Below are positions 48,851-62,070 of a stretch of 64,000 bases of DNA, piece by piece (the stretch's first letter is position 1; each line of letters starts with the position of its first letter). The stretch comes from Centroscyllium fabricii (lineage: Eukaryota): the NCBI GenBank assembly GCA_051313645.2, contig JBNRSN020000010.1, positions 159,030,001 to 159,094,000 on the forward strand, written 5' to 3'. The notes under the pieces were generated by a model. The model searched no databases. It was not told the origin of the DNA and was given only the letters and a program-made list of their open reading frames with translations. A program made the translations under genes and the position numbers.

Positions 48851-51800
48851 TGTGGCGGCACGCCCACTAGGATACCGAATCCGCCTCGGGAACACTGCGG
48901 GGCACAGCCCCGCCCATCGGGTGACGCGATGACGTCACCGCGACTTCCGGCGTGATGAGGTCACCAACGGCGGGCCGTTTAAATAAGCCTGTCTCGAGTG
49001 GTTCACTCTCTTGTGTTACTGTGATGCATTAAACAAGTGTTTTTTCTGTCTTTCTGGCTCACGCGTGGTTCCTAGGCCTTGCTGGCGCTACAGTGGTGAC
49101 CCCGACTTGGAACGACTTCCAAAGAAAAAAAGCTGCCGCAGGATCAAGGATCACCAGCCTAAGGACACTTAAAAAGGGAAAACATGGCTTCAAGAGCAAG
49201 GAACCAAGCTCCACGAACCCAAGGACTTGGCCAGAACTTCGGGCACAGACTCACCCTGCCAGAGTTCTGGGAGCAACGGCCAGCGGCCTGGTTCATGTGT
49301 ATTGAAACCAGCTGCCGCACACACGGCGTCCAGGGGGACGACCGCTACGACCTGGTCTTCTCAGCCCTACCGCAATCGACGATCGATCGGATGTGGTCCA
49401 AACTACAGCGTGTGCCCACTACAGGCAGGTACGAGTTCCTCAAGGCCGCGGTCATAATTTTTTTTACCCCCTCTCCATTTGAGCGCGACTGCCAGCTCCT
49501 TAACCTCCCCGAACTCGGGGACGCAGACCCATCAGACCTTTGGGGTCAGATGCAAGCGCTCACCGCTGATCCCGCCTCCCTGTTCCGCACCGTTTTCCTC
49601 CTCAAACTACCCCGCTCCATCAGACCGGCCTTGGCGGCCCTTGGCCAGCGGAGCAGCGACGAGCTCGCTGAGGAAGCCGACAGGCTCATGGCGGCAGAGC
49701 GCACCCGCTCAACCACGTGCGACCCTAACGCCGCATCTATCGAGCGCAACCACTCGCCCCTCATGCCTGAACCTCGGGCCCTGCGCGCACCCAGGCAACC
49801 GCGTCCCTCTAGCACCGGCTGGTGCTACTACCACACGCGGTTCGATAATAAAGCGCACCGCTGCGTCCAGCCATGCGCATTTAAGCCACGGCCCACCCCA
49901 GCCCCCACTATGTCTGTAGGACACACAGGAACACTGCTCTTTGTCACAGACACCGGCACAGGCCTCAGGTTCCTCTGCGACACAGGCGCACAGCACAGCA
50001 TCGTGCCAGCCTCCCCAGCAGAAGCCAAACAAGGCACCCGGGGCCCGCTACTCGCAGCGGCTAACGGCTCCAATATAAAATCGTACGGCACCCGCAAGCT
50101 CACTATTAGACTTGCAGGCCACACGTATAACTGGGACTTCGTTACAGCCCAGGTCACTTCACCCCTCCTCGTGGCAGATTTCCTCTGCGCCCACGGCCTG
50201 CTGGTCGATATGACCCGGCGCCGCTTGGTCAACATCAATAACATGTCGACCATCCCATGCTCCACAGGGCCCGCACGCCTGGCCCACGCGGCCGCCCAAT
50301 GCCGCTCTCGGAACTCCGACGCCTATGGCACACTCTTAGCAGAGTTCCCCACCCTAACCAACCCCACGTTCACCGCCCGCCGGGCCAAACACGGGGTAGA
50401 ACACTTCATAACCACCACCGGCCCTCCCGTCCATGCCCACGCCCGCAGGCTCGACCCGGCCAAACAGGAGATCGCGCGCACCGAGTTCCGCACCATGGAG
50501 CAACTCGGTATAATCCGCCGCTCCAACAGCCCCTGGGCCTCTCCCCTCCACATAGCCTCCAAGCCGGGCGGGGTTGGCGCCCCTGCGGTGACTACCGCCG
50601 CCTTAACAATGCCACCACCCCGGATAGGTACCCCGTACCCCACATCCAGGATTTCTCCGCCAGACTAGCGGGCTGCACGATCTTCTCCAAGATCGACCTG
50701 GTGCGTGGCTACCACCAGGTCCCGGTGCACCCGGCGGACATTCCTAAAACGGCCGTCATCACCCCCTTTGGACTCTTCGAGTTTCTCAGGATGCCCTCCG
50801 GCCTTAAAAACGCAGCCCAGGCCTTCCAGCGCCTCATGGACTCGGTCCTACGGGACTTGACGTTCATTTTCGTCTACCTGGACGACATCCTCGTGGCCAG
50901 CACCTCCCCCCAGGAACACCTCCTGCACCTCAGGACCCTGTTCCAGCGCCTGGTCGAACACGGCCTTATATTAAGCCCCACAAAGTGTAAATTTGGCCTC
51001 CAAATCATTGACTTCCTCGGCCACCGCATTTCTCAAACCGGGGCCATACCCCTGCCCTCCAAGGTGCAGGCGGTCCAGGAATTTCCCCGCCCGCACTCCA
51101 TTAAAGGGCTGCAGGAATTTCTGGGGATGGTCAATTTTTACAACCGCTTTATCCCGGGAGCAGCCGCACTCATGGCCCCCTTATACCAGGCCACACGCGG
51201 GCAGCCCGGCAAAACTGCGGTAGAGTGGACGGCCGACGCCGACACCGCCTTCACCGCAACCAAAACCGCCCTGGCTAACGCCACCCTCCTAGCCCACCCT
51301 AGGCCCAACGCCAGAGTAGCCCTCACCACTGACGCCTCCGACCACGCGGTCGGGGCCGTATTTGAGCAGTGGACCGGCAACTCGTGGCAGCCCCGGGCCT
51401 TTTTCAGCCGGCAGCTCCGGCCCCCAGAGGTCAAGTACAGCGCCTTCGATAGGGAGCTCCTCGCTCTCCATCTTGCAGTGCGACATTTTCGCTTCCTCTT
51501 GGAGGGCCGCCACTTTACAGCCTTCGTCGACCATAAGCCACTCACCTTCGCGATGGCTAAGGTCGCCGAACCCTGGTCGGCCAGGCAGCAGCGCCAGCTC
51601 GCGGCCGTGTCGGAGTTTACGACCGACATTCAACACATCTCCGGCCGCGACAACGTGGTCGCTGACTGCCTCTCACGCCCTACTATTAACGCCGCCCAAA
51701 TGGCGGTCGATTACGCCCAGCTGGCAGCAGACCAGCTGGCCGACCCTGACCTGCTCAACCCCGCAGCAAACCTTCCCGGCCTCCACTTGGCCAAAATCGC

Positions 51801-53285
51801 GCATGGCTCCGCTGCCACCGTCGTCTGCTGCGACGTGTCCCTGCCGCAGCCCAGGCCCGTCGTCCCCCACGCATGGAGGCGACACATTTTCAAGACCCTC
51901 CATGACCTGTCCCACCCCGGCACCCGCGCGTCGATTAAACTAATCTCGGCCCGGTTCGTATGGCGCGGCCTGCGCAAAGAAGTCCGCGCCTGGGCCAACT
52001 CCTGAATCGCCTGCCAGTGCTCCAAAGTGCACAAGCACATCAGGGCTCCGCTGGAAACGTTTACAGTGCCCGCCAGACGCTTTGACCACGTCCATATCGA
52101 CCTCGTCGGGCCACTACCGCCATCCCGGGGCCACACGCATGTAATGACCATGGTCGACCGCAACACTCACTGGCCAGAAGCAGTCCCCCTCGCTGCCACC
52201 GGCACCACGGACTTGGCCAGGGCGTTCATCGCCACCTGGGTCGCCCGCTTCGGCGTGCCCACCGACATCACGTCCGACAGAGGACCCCAGTTTACGTCAA
52301 CACTATGGGCGGTCATTGCCCGCGACCTCGGGGTAACCTTGCATCGAACCACCGCATACCACCCACAATCTAACGGGCTCTGCGAACGGTTCCACCGCTC
52401 TATGAAAACATCACTGCAGGCCATCCTCAAAGATGCGTCATGGACCGACCGTCTCCCATGGGTCCTCCTCGGGCTGCGCTCGGCAGTCAAAGAGGACCTA
52501 AACGCCTCGGCAGCAGAACTCGTCTACGGCCAAGCCCTAACAGTGCCGGGCGAGTTCCTAGCCGAGCCAAACGCTCCCTGGTCAGCTGACCAGTACCTAA
52601 AGGACTTTGCCAACCCGGCACGAGCGTTCCAACCACTACCAATGGCCCGGCACGGAGAGCCGGCAGCATGAGTACCGGACGGCATTAAAAACTCGAAATT
52701 TGTGTTCATCCGGCACGACGGACACCAATCACCACTACAGCCACCATATGATGGCCCTTATAGAGTGCTTCGGGCGGGAGCTAAAGCTTTCCAGCTTCAA
52801 ATGGGCAACAGAACAGAAACTGTTTCAATAGACCGGCTCAAACCGGCACACGTTATAGCGGGCGAGACGACAGTCCCCGCACAACCACCGCAACGCAGAC
52901 GCCCTCCCGCAACAACACCCGCCCACACTCCACCGCAGAACCAGGAACAACGCACAACATGGGCCGGCCGCACCATCCGGCCACCCCAACGGCTCACATA
53001 GACTTTTTTATTCTCCCGGACAGATTCTGGGGGGGAGCTGTGTGGCGGCACGCCCACTAGGATACCGAATCCGCCTCGGGAACACTGCGGGGCACAGCCC
53101 CGCCCATCGGGAGACGCGATGATGTCACCGCGACTTCCGGCGTGATGAGGTCACCAACGGCGGGCCGTTTAAATAAGCCTGTCTCGAGTGGTTCACTCTC
53201 TTCTTGTGTTACTGTGATGCATTAAACAAGTGTTTTTCCTGTCTCTCTGGCTCACGCGTGGTTCCTAGGCCTTGCTGGCGCTACA
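48851..53285 (+). mobile_element. Full-length CsRn1-type Gypsy retrotransposon
   Basis: LTRs 48851-49092 and 53041-53285. 4-bp TSD AGCC. PBS TGGTGACCCCGAC (tRNA-Trp type) at 49094-49106. PPT before 53041. Gag has LPEFW...PAAWF and the CHCC motif CYYH...C...C. Confidence 0.93.
49184..53001 (+). pseudogene. gag-pol of the CsRn1-type element (frameshift ~50570, stops at 52003 and 52669)
   Basis: DTGA protease, YLDD RT, TDASD RNase H, HIDLVGP and SDRGPQF integrase, YDGPY. Confidence 0.92.
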
Positions 53286-53982
53286 AGCCGCTGTTTCTCG
53301 CCAGACTTCACCACTACTACCTGGGCCCACCAGGGGCTGGTGCTGGCTTCAATTATCCCCTCCTTCAGCATACGCCCGACCTCCGACCTGATAAACGTGC
53401 GATCCCCCACACTGTACCGCCGGCTCTTTGTAGCAATAGGTTTGCACTTGGGATCGAGGTTGGCGAACAGTGAGGGGGGGGTCGATTTTCAGGTTGGAGA
53501 GGCCGCAGGCCGGGCTCCGCTTTGGAAAGGGACTGTCCTGGCTACTGACGGTGAGGGGGGGCAAGGTCCCGCCGAACTCCATTGTCACGCTCTTGAGGTG
53601 GCACTGGAAATCCAGACCTAGTAAGGCTGGGGCACACAACTGCTTGAGGGTGCACAATTTAAAATTACGGTACACGCACCCCTTGACTGTGAGCGTGACA
53701 GAGCAGTAGCCGGTGACGTCCGCGGTGTGGGACTGTGAAGCAAGGGAGACTTTGTAGCCCGTGGGCAGGATCTGCAGTCTGCAGCGCTGCACTGTATCGG
53801 GGTGCACGAAACTCTCCGTGCTTCCAGTGTCGAACAGGCAATTGGTAATATGGCTGTTGATTTTAATCGGCATGATAGAATTTGAAAGGTTGTGTGGCCT
53901 AGCCTGGTCCACTTTAGGTATGGCTGAGGCCGAAGTGTGCCTTTGTGTGTGGGGGCCCCCTGCTGGTTGGGGCTGTACACAA

Positions 53983-54470
53983 AATGGCGGCGCTCCTGGC
54001 TCGCACATGGTGGGGCCCTGGAGACAAAATGGCGGCGCCCCTGGCTCGCACATGGTGGGGCCCTGGAGACAAAATGGCGGCGCCGAGGGGTCGCACATGG
54101 CGGGCCGCTGGAGACAAGATGGCGGCGCCGGGGGTCGCACATGGTGGGCCGCTGGAGACGAAATGGCGGCGCCCGTGTTTCGCACACGGCTGACCGCTGT
54201 GAGCGCGCTGGCGGCGCCCGTGGTTCGCACACAGCGGGCCGCGGTGACTAGGTTGGCGGTGCCCATGGTTTGCACGCAGCGGGCCGCGGTGGTTGGGTTG
54301 GCGGTGCCCGTGATTCGCACGCGGCTGACCGCTGTGAGCGTGCTGGCAGCGCCCGTGGTTCGCACACAGTGGGCCGCGGTGACTGGGTTGGCGGTGCCCG
54401 TGGTTCGCACGCAGCGGGCCGCGGTGGTTGGGTTGGCGGTGCCCGTGATTCGCACGCAGCGGGCCGCGTT
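53983..54470. repeat. 42-bp tandem repeat inside gag-pol of copy B (~11-12 units)
   Basis: Same unit types as 21483-21790, with more copies. Confidence 0.88.
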
Positions 54471-55933
54471 GGGTCTGCCCCTGGCGTTGGGGGGTCGTGC
54501 TTGGCCGGCCTTTGCCGCCTCAGGGTGGGAGATGGGGGCGCCTTCCTTCTACCCCTGGACCGTCGCTGGATCGCGCTGCTATTGCAGCTTACCTGAGGTC
54601 TGACGGAGCTTTCACAGGCTGCGCTGTTGTACCTGGAGTTGGGCGCTGCTGGTGCTGATCTGCAGGCCTTCGCGTAGTGTCCCTTTTTGGAGCACCTCTC
54701 ACAGGTCGCGGTCCTCGCTGGGCATCTCGCTCGTGGGTGCAGTCCCTGGCCGCAGAAATAGCACTGTTTGCCCTTTGCGGCTGTCGCAGCCATCGTGGGG
54801 GTCTCGACCCGTTGTGGTGCTGCCCAGGCCTTGGCCCGTTGTGGCGCCGTCCACATGTCGTAGGCCTGCGGGTTTGTGCCGCTGTACGCCTGCAGCTTAT
54901 TGCGTGCTCCTTCAACGGAGTTCGCTATGGAGATCGCCTCCTCAAGAGTCAAAGAGTCCTTTTCGAGCAGTCGCTGGCGGGCTTCCATGCACCTCAGGCC
55001 AGTTACATACGCATCTCGGACAAGGAGATTCGCCTCCTCTTCTGCTGTCCGGGCTTGGCAGCCACAGACCCGTACCAGTGCCTGGAGCGCTTGCTCAAAT
55101 TGTTCATTAGTCTCACCCGGTAGTTGTGGTCTGGTCGCGAGCACATGTCTGACATAGACCGAATGGACCGGGCGCTCATAGCATTTCCTCAGCTTTTCCA
55201 CTGCCCCTGGGTAGGTTTTCGCATCTCGGATGAGGGAGAATACTCGGCTGGAGATCCTAGCCCGGAGAACCTGTAACTTGTTCCCGTCGGTTGTAGCCTT
55301 GGCGGCGTCCATATAGGCCTCCAGGAGACCGAACCAGTGTTCGAACGTGGTGGCGGCAGCTGGGTCCTGTGGGCTGATGTCCAGCTTTTCTGGCTTTACC
55401 ACACCGCTCTCCATTTTAAAATTTTTAAGTTAATAAAATTGACGTATCGTCAATTTGTCTTAATAAAAGACTAGACGAGTAGTTACCGTAACTATAGGCT
55501 TTTATTAACTTACTTTGGAGCTACCCTCCGAACGAACATCAGAACAGAATGAGGGAGCCCCGGTCAGTCCTCACCTATAAGGGCCTCACCTGGGGGATGA
55601 GTTAGAGTTGTGGCTGACCTGGCTCCACGACAGTGTTACAAAGCCAATGTTGGCGACAATATTACAGTGGTAATCGTATATACAATATGGGTTACCACAA
55701 TACCTTAACAGGAAGAAACATAACTTAATTTGACTTTTTTTGTCAGCAGGCTGGGGGTAATCCTATTTAAATTCACAAATTGTGCCTTCTAATATAATAC
55801 ACCAACAATTTATTAGATCCTATGGTCACATGCAGTGCTAAGAATAGCAAATTAACTTATATTGGAGAATGAAAAAGCAATGATTTATAAGTGTCCTGGT
55901 TCATTTGTGCTTTCACCTGCCATTTTCCATCAG

Positions 55934-55990
55934 GCACTGTGCAGAATTGGAGCTGGTGAATCGGATAGGAGCTCGCACAGCCACGCAGAA
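55934..55990 (+). other. Candidate 57-nt host exon
   Basis: Pyrimidine tract plus CAG acceptor, GTGAGT donor, length divisible by 3, two open frames. No homology recognised. Confidence 0.3.
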
Positions 55991-58900
55991 GTGAGTCTCT
56001 GCTGGCAATAAAACAAGGTATATTGGACAGTTTGTCTTTCTAACTGCAGCCGAGCTGCCTATTTGGATGTGGTTTATAAAAATATTAAGATAGATAACAT
56101 TTTAAAATCAAATTGATGGGTGTGAGAAATTGTAACTGTAAGCTAAGTATAGCCAGGGTAAATGTTCCAAAGAAAAGCAGGGTTGGCTTCTATTGCTACC
56201 TTGGTCCATTACTCCTCTGGGTTAAAGATTGTTGTAAGTTTAGCTGTGTTGAATTAGGACTGTACAATACCATTGTATAATCATACATGTAATCAAGCAT
56301 TTTGCCTCTACCTGAACTTCTGTCACTATTATTTGATCTTTGATCTAACTTGATTTTGCTCTATGGCCGTTTTGCTGACTGCATTATCCTACAGCCTCTA
56401 TTGTTTTGTGGGGTAGGGTGATGCCTCTTAGTGTGGCCCAATTAGAAAATTTATTCTCTGCCGTGTTTGGGGAAATATGGCTGGTAAGTATCACCAAGAT
56501 GATGTGTGCTTGCTCAAGCCAGACTTTATAATTTCCTGTCTACCAGACAGGCCAACTCTCAGGCTATTTCAACCATACCAGGAGCCAAGTAGGGGAATCT
56601 TGAACCTTCCTGTACACCGTAGATAGCTTATCAGGTCATGCCTGTTATTTTCTTGTTGCATTTAACCCAGTTTGAAGTGCATTATATTGAACTGGAGCTA
56701 AGAAAAGGCCTATTGCATGTGTTATCTGTGGTGTATGTACCTTTAAGAAATTGTACTGGGCACTACTTTGTGTAGTGCCATGATATTGCAGTACCGCGGT
56801 CTACCACAAGTGTATATAAGTTCGTACGTGGAGCGATATGCTCAGTTCCAGACTCTGTAATGGTTGAATAAACATCTCTTGGTTTCATACCTTGAAGTCT
56901 AGTCCGCTGTATTATAGCTCGATAGCACGGACTTAAAAATGGCGACGAGGTCGGTCGAATCCACAACAGTGTAATCGGCTGAAAAAAGAAGAATGAAAAA
57001 TGTTCAGTTCTTACAGTCGACCATTGACCAGTATGACACACCCTGCACTCCAAAAGAGGGAGCAGCAGAGATTCTCCAGTAATGCAGAGGGAACACAGAC
57101 AGCCAGCACTCCAACATCGGGAGTGGCGTTGGCACTATCAGTACAGCCAGCTCTCCAACATCGCAGGGAAGATCGTTGACAGGAGCGTCGGCGGCAGGAG
57201 GCAGCAGAAATCGGGTACCCAGCTCAGCAACGGCAGATAGGCCGCAGAACGCGGGGACCCAGCCCAGCAAAGGCAGTAGGACATCGGACGTTGACTCGAG
57301 GCGGGGCCAGGACAACGACAGAAGCAGTCGGACATCGGACGTCGGCAGAGAGATACAGACAACGGCAACGGCAGTCGCACATCGGGGGTCGACCGAGGAG
57401 ATCCAGAGTGGCAGAGGCAGTCATATATGAAGGTTGTCGAGGATCAAGGTTGGTCCTCCAACCGCAGGACAACGGGAGAGTGCACGTAGAGCGCAATCTA
57501 TCCCAACAACCGCGGGGAAATTGGAAACTCAGTGAGGAAGGAAAGAGAAAGGCGGAAGAGAAGCGGAAAGGTGGGAAAATGCCATTTTTAGGCGGGAAAA
57601 GCGCCGGAAGAGAAGCGGAAAGGCAGGAAAAGACACCATTTTGAACGCTTCGGCGTATTTTAACCATGGCTAAATGAAACACTTTCGGGGCCTTCCAGCT
57701 AGAGAAGGAAGACTGGGAGGCATATCTAGAACGCTTTGACATCTATTGTAAAGTACAGACAGTAACAGATGCCAACAAAGTAAACACTCTGTTGAATGCA
57801 ATGGGGCCTGAAACTTACAGGTTGTTAAGAACCCTGGTGTCCCCAGACAAGCCAGTGGACAAAACGCTGCAAGAGATTATAAACATTTTAAAAGAGAATT
57901 TAAACCCCAAACCCCCATTTATAGCAGAACGCTTCAAGTTCTTTAAAAGGGATCAACAAAAAGGAGAGTCACAGTCAGAGTACATAACGGAACTCAGAAG
58001 ACTGTCTAAGAACTGTGAATTTGGGGATGAACTGCCAAACTACTTAAGGGACAGATTTGTGTGTGCAATTTTGGATGAATCTACACAATAGAAACTTTTA
58101 GCTAAAAAGACGCTCACACTGGAGCAGGCGATAGAAACTGCAGCAGCACATGAGGCAGCTGAGATAAGGAGTAAGGGGATCTACTACGATACCCATGAAA
58201 TTCCAACACACACTAAAAAGTGCTACCGCTGTCGCAAGGCCACACACGATCAGAGTAGGTGTTGGGCTAAAGACAAGGACTGTCGACAGTGTGGCAAGAT
58301 AGGCCACATAGCAGTGGCTTGCAGATCTGGGAAGCTATCTAAAATGGCGCAGAAACAGTCCAGGTCTAAGAAATTAAACAAACTTTCTGAAGATGGTTCG
58401 GGTAATGAATCGGAAAACTCTAATAGAGACGAATGGGGTCTTGGAAGTCTCAAGGTCCACAACATGGTCAATTTTACAGATCGTAGTGTTATATGGGTTC
58501 CCCTCAAGGTTGCGGGTGTGGAGAAATCGATGGAATTAGACATGGGGTCAGCACTCTTGGTGATCAACAATTTTTTTTACAGGAAGGCATTCAGAGGGGC
58601 GCCTCTAGAAGAATCTCCAGTCATCCTAAAAACATATACTAGGCAAAAGGTTTGGACAATGGGGAGGCTGCCCGTTACAGTCCAATATATGGGCAAACAA
58701 ATAAAGGGACTGTACTTATATGTCCTAAAAGATGGTGGAGCACCACTTCTGGGGCGGGAATGGATCAGGAGGATCCACCTCGACTGGAGTACAATAAACA
58801 AGCTCCAGATTTCGAGTAAGATCGATGATAAATCATTGGTTGCTGGGAGACTAACCACAATTTTGGAGAAAAACCCAGAGGTTTTCCAACCTGGCCTGGG

Positions 58901-60289
58901 GAAGTTAAAAAATATTAACGCGAGGGTGATGATTACACAAGGGGCAACCCCAATATTTGCAAAAACACGGTCAGTACCTTATGCCATAAGACTGGCTGTG
59001 GAGGCAGAGCTAGAGACCTTAGAAGCAGAGCAAAGGTTGAATGGAGCAAGTGGGCAACACCCATTGTACCAGTAATTAAAAGAATGCAAAACAAGGAGGG
59101 GGAACAGAAAAAAGTCCGCATTTGTGGGGACTTCAAGATGACCGTTAATCCTGTTTTAAAGGTTGCACAGTACCCATTACCAAGAATTGAAGACATTTTT
59201 GCTTCTTTAGCAGGTGGGAAACACTTCAATAAGATTGACCTTTCGCAAGCGTACCTTCAAATGGAGGTGGAGCAGGATTCCAGGAAGCTGCTGACCATCA
59301 ATACACATAAAGGGCTGTATCAATACAACCGAATGGTATTCGGAATTGCGTCTGCTCCAGCCATATGGCAAAGGGCCATGGACCAGGTATTGCAAGGTAT
59401 TCCAGGGACACAATGCTACCTGGATGACATTTTAGTAACGGGAAAAACGGATGAGGAACATTTGGCCAATCTAGAAGCGGTATTAGAGAGACTAAAGGAA
59501 TATGGTCTGTGGGCCAACAAACAAAAGTGCGAATTTTTCAAAGACCGCATTTCATACTGTGGGCACGAAATAGATAGCGAGGGTCTCCATAAATCGGCAG
59601 ACAAGATTGCGGCCATTGTAAATGCTCCACACCCAGAAAATGTTTCCCAGTTACGGTCATTCCTGGGACTCATAAATTATTACCATACGTTTCTACCCAA
59701 CTTATCAACAGTGCTGTACCCATTGAATGCAGTACTCCAAGCGGGAACACCCTGGAGGTGGGTGAAAACCTGTGAGGCAGCTTTTCAGAAAAGCAAAATG
59801 ATGATCACCTCAAGAGAGGTACTGATTCATTTCAACCCCAGCTTACCCATCAAACTGGCATGCGATGCATCCCCGTATGGCACTGGTGTGGTGCTATCCC
59901 ACAAATGTCCCGACGGGTCTGAAAGACCAATCGCATTTGCGTCAAAATCACTCACCACTGCAGCGAAAAATTATGCCCAGATAGACCGAGAAGCACTCAG
60001 CCTGGTGTGGGGGGGGGGGGGGGGGGGGTGAAAAAGTTTCACCACTACTTACATGGGCAAAAATTCACGTTATTAACTGATCACCAACCCTTGGTATCGA
60101 TTTTTCACCCAGAAAAAGGGGTACCCCAGATCACAGCTCAAAGGCTGCAACGATGGGCGTTGTTCTTTGGTGCACACAAATACACCATAGAACACAAAGG
60201 AACCAAGTGGCATGGTAATGCGGATGACCTGTCTCGGTTACCTCTGCCAGAAACAGGAGAGGGGAGACAACAAGACCCTCTGGAACTAT

Positions 60290-61653
60290 ATCATAGAATC
60301 ATAGAATCATAGAAATTTTACAGTGCGGATAAGGGCCATTCGGCCCATCCAGTCCGCACCGGCCCAGAAAAACTCCTCACTGTTCTAACCCCAGTTGCCC
60401 GCACCTGGCCCATAACCCTGTATGTTATGGTCCTTCATGTGCTGGTCCAAGTATTTTTTAAATGTTGTGATGGTTCCTGCCTCCACCACCCTCACAGGCA
60501 GGGAGTTCCAGTCTTCCACCACCCTCTGGGTAAAGAAATTTCTCCTTACCTCCCCCCTAAACCTCCCCCCCCTGATCTTGAATCTATGTCCCCTAGTGCT
60601 TGACTCTCCCACCAGGGGAAACAATGCCCCTTTGTCTACCCTATCGTGTCCCCTCATGATCTTGTACACCTCAATCATGTCACCCCTCCACCTTCTTTTC
60701 TCCAAGGCAAACAACCCCAGCCTGTCCAGCCTTTCCTCGTAGCATAGGTCCGCCAGACCAGGTATCATCCTGGTAAACCTTCTCTGCACCCTCTCCAGGG
60801 CAGCCACATCCTTCCTGTAGTGCGGTGACCAGAACTGCACACAGTACTCCAGCTGAGGTCTCACCAGTGTGTTATACAGGTTTAACATTACCTCCCTACT
60901 TTTGTATACTATGCCCTGGTTAATAAAGGCGAGAATTCCGTATGCCTTCTTAACCACCTTGTTAACGTGTCCAGCAACCTTCAGGGAGCTGTGCACCTGT
61001 ACCCCCAGGTCCCTCTGCTCCTCGGTCCTATTTAACGTTTTGTTGTTCATGGTATATTCCCTTACCCCATTTGGTCTCCCGAATTGAATGACCTCGCATT
61101 TCTCTGGGTTGAACTCCATTTGCCATTTTTCTGCCCAATTAACCATTATATCTATATCCTCCTGAAGCCCCTTACTATCCTCATCGTTGTTTACCACCCT
61201 TCCGATTTTCGTATCATCAGCGAATTTGCTGATCGTACCCCCTACTCCCATATCCAAATCGTTGATGTATACTAGAAACAGTAAGGGTCCCAAAACCGAT
61301 CCTTGGGGGACGCCACTGGTTACTGGTTTCCAGTCACAGAAGCAGCCCTCTACCATTACCCTTTGTCTCCTATCCCCCAGCCAATTTTCGATCCACTGTG
61401 CCAAGTTACCCTGTATCCCGTGCGCTCTAACCTTTGTTATTAGTCTCCTATGTGGGACTTTATCAAAAGCTTTGCTAAAGTCCATATACACTACGTCCAC
61501 AGTACTCCCTTCATCCACCCTCTTTGTTACTTCCTCAAAGAATTCCAACAGATTGGTCAGGCACGACTTACCTTTGACGAAGCCATGCTGACTGTCTCTT
61601 ATTAGACCTTGGTTGTCCAAATGCGAACTGATTTTTTCCCTCAGAATTTTTTC
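60290..61653 (-). mobile_element. Young 5'-truncated CR1 with an uninterrupted 411-aa RT ORF (60385-61620)
   Basis: Complete CR1 RT motifs and an (ATTCTATG)n tail. The Gypsy reading frame resumes on the other side. Confidence 0.94.
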
Positions 61654-62070
61654 ACATGGCAGTGGTGGAACAATTACCCGTTACCAGCCAACAAATAGAA
61701 AGGGAAACTAGGAATGACCCCATTCTATCTAAAATTCATGGCATCGCGATAAAAGAATGGTCCAGGGAGGATCTTTACCTATGGCCAGATTACGCGACTA
61801 GAAAGAACCAGTTGTCGGTCTGCCGGGGCACGTTAATGTGCGGGGCCAGAGTGGTGATTCCGCTCAAATTACGTAAACAAATTTTAACTGATTTACACGA
61901 GGGACACTTGGGCGGGGTCAAGATGAAGTCCCTAGCCAGGGCATACGTGTGGTGGCCTAGAATCGATAAAGACATCGAACAACTGGCAAGAGAATGGACT
62001 GGGTACTTCGCGGGGCCATTTATGGACGCCATGTTCCTGGTGGTAGTGGACGCCCATTCCAAATGGCCAG

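Larger units (their letters stand above)
46266..55699 (-). mobile_element. Full-length Gypsy, family F copy B, interrupted in RT by a CsRn1-type element
   Basis: LTRs 46266-46542 and 55440-55699 (the latter has a 17-bp deletion). TSD ATACC. gag starts at 55414. RT-RH-IN ORF 46563-48623. Confidence 0.95.

Noticed and set aside
53761-54603. Long antisense ORFs over Gypsy elements (also 21319-21957, 18543-19052, 46600-47109)
   Set aside because: Expected shadows of GC-rich coding sequence and tandem repeats; mostly non-ATG starts and no recognisable domains.
18209-55699. Segmental duplication or one giant element explaining copies A and B
   Set aside because: Each copy has its own TSD (CACAC vs ATACC) and unrelated flanks, so they are independent insertions.
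57176-57742. Extra accessory ORF in the Mag-like leader
   Set aside because: Short internal repeats and purine bias explain the open frames; no motif is recognisable, and the element is otherwise heavily decayed.
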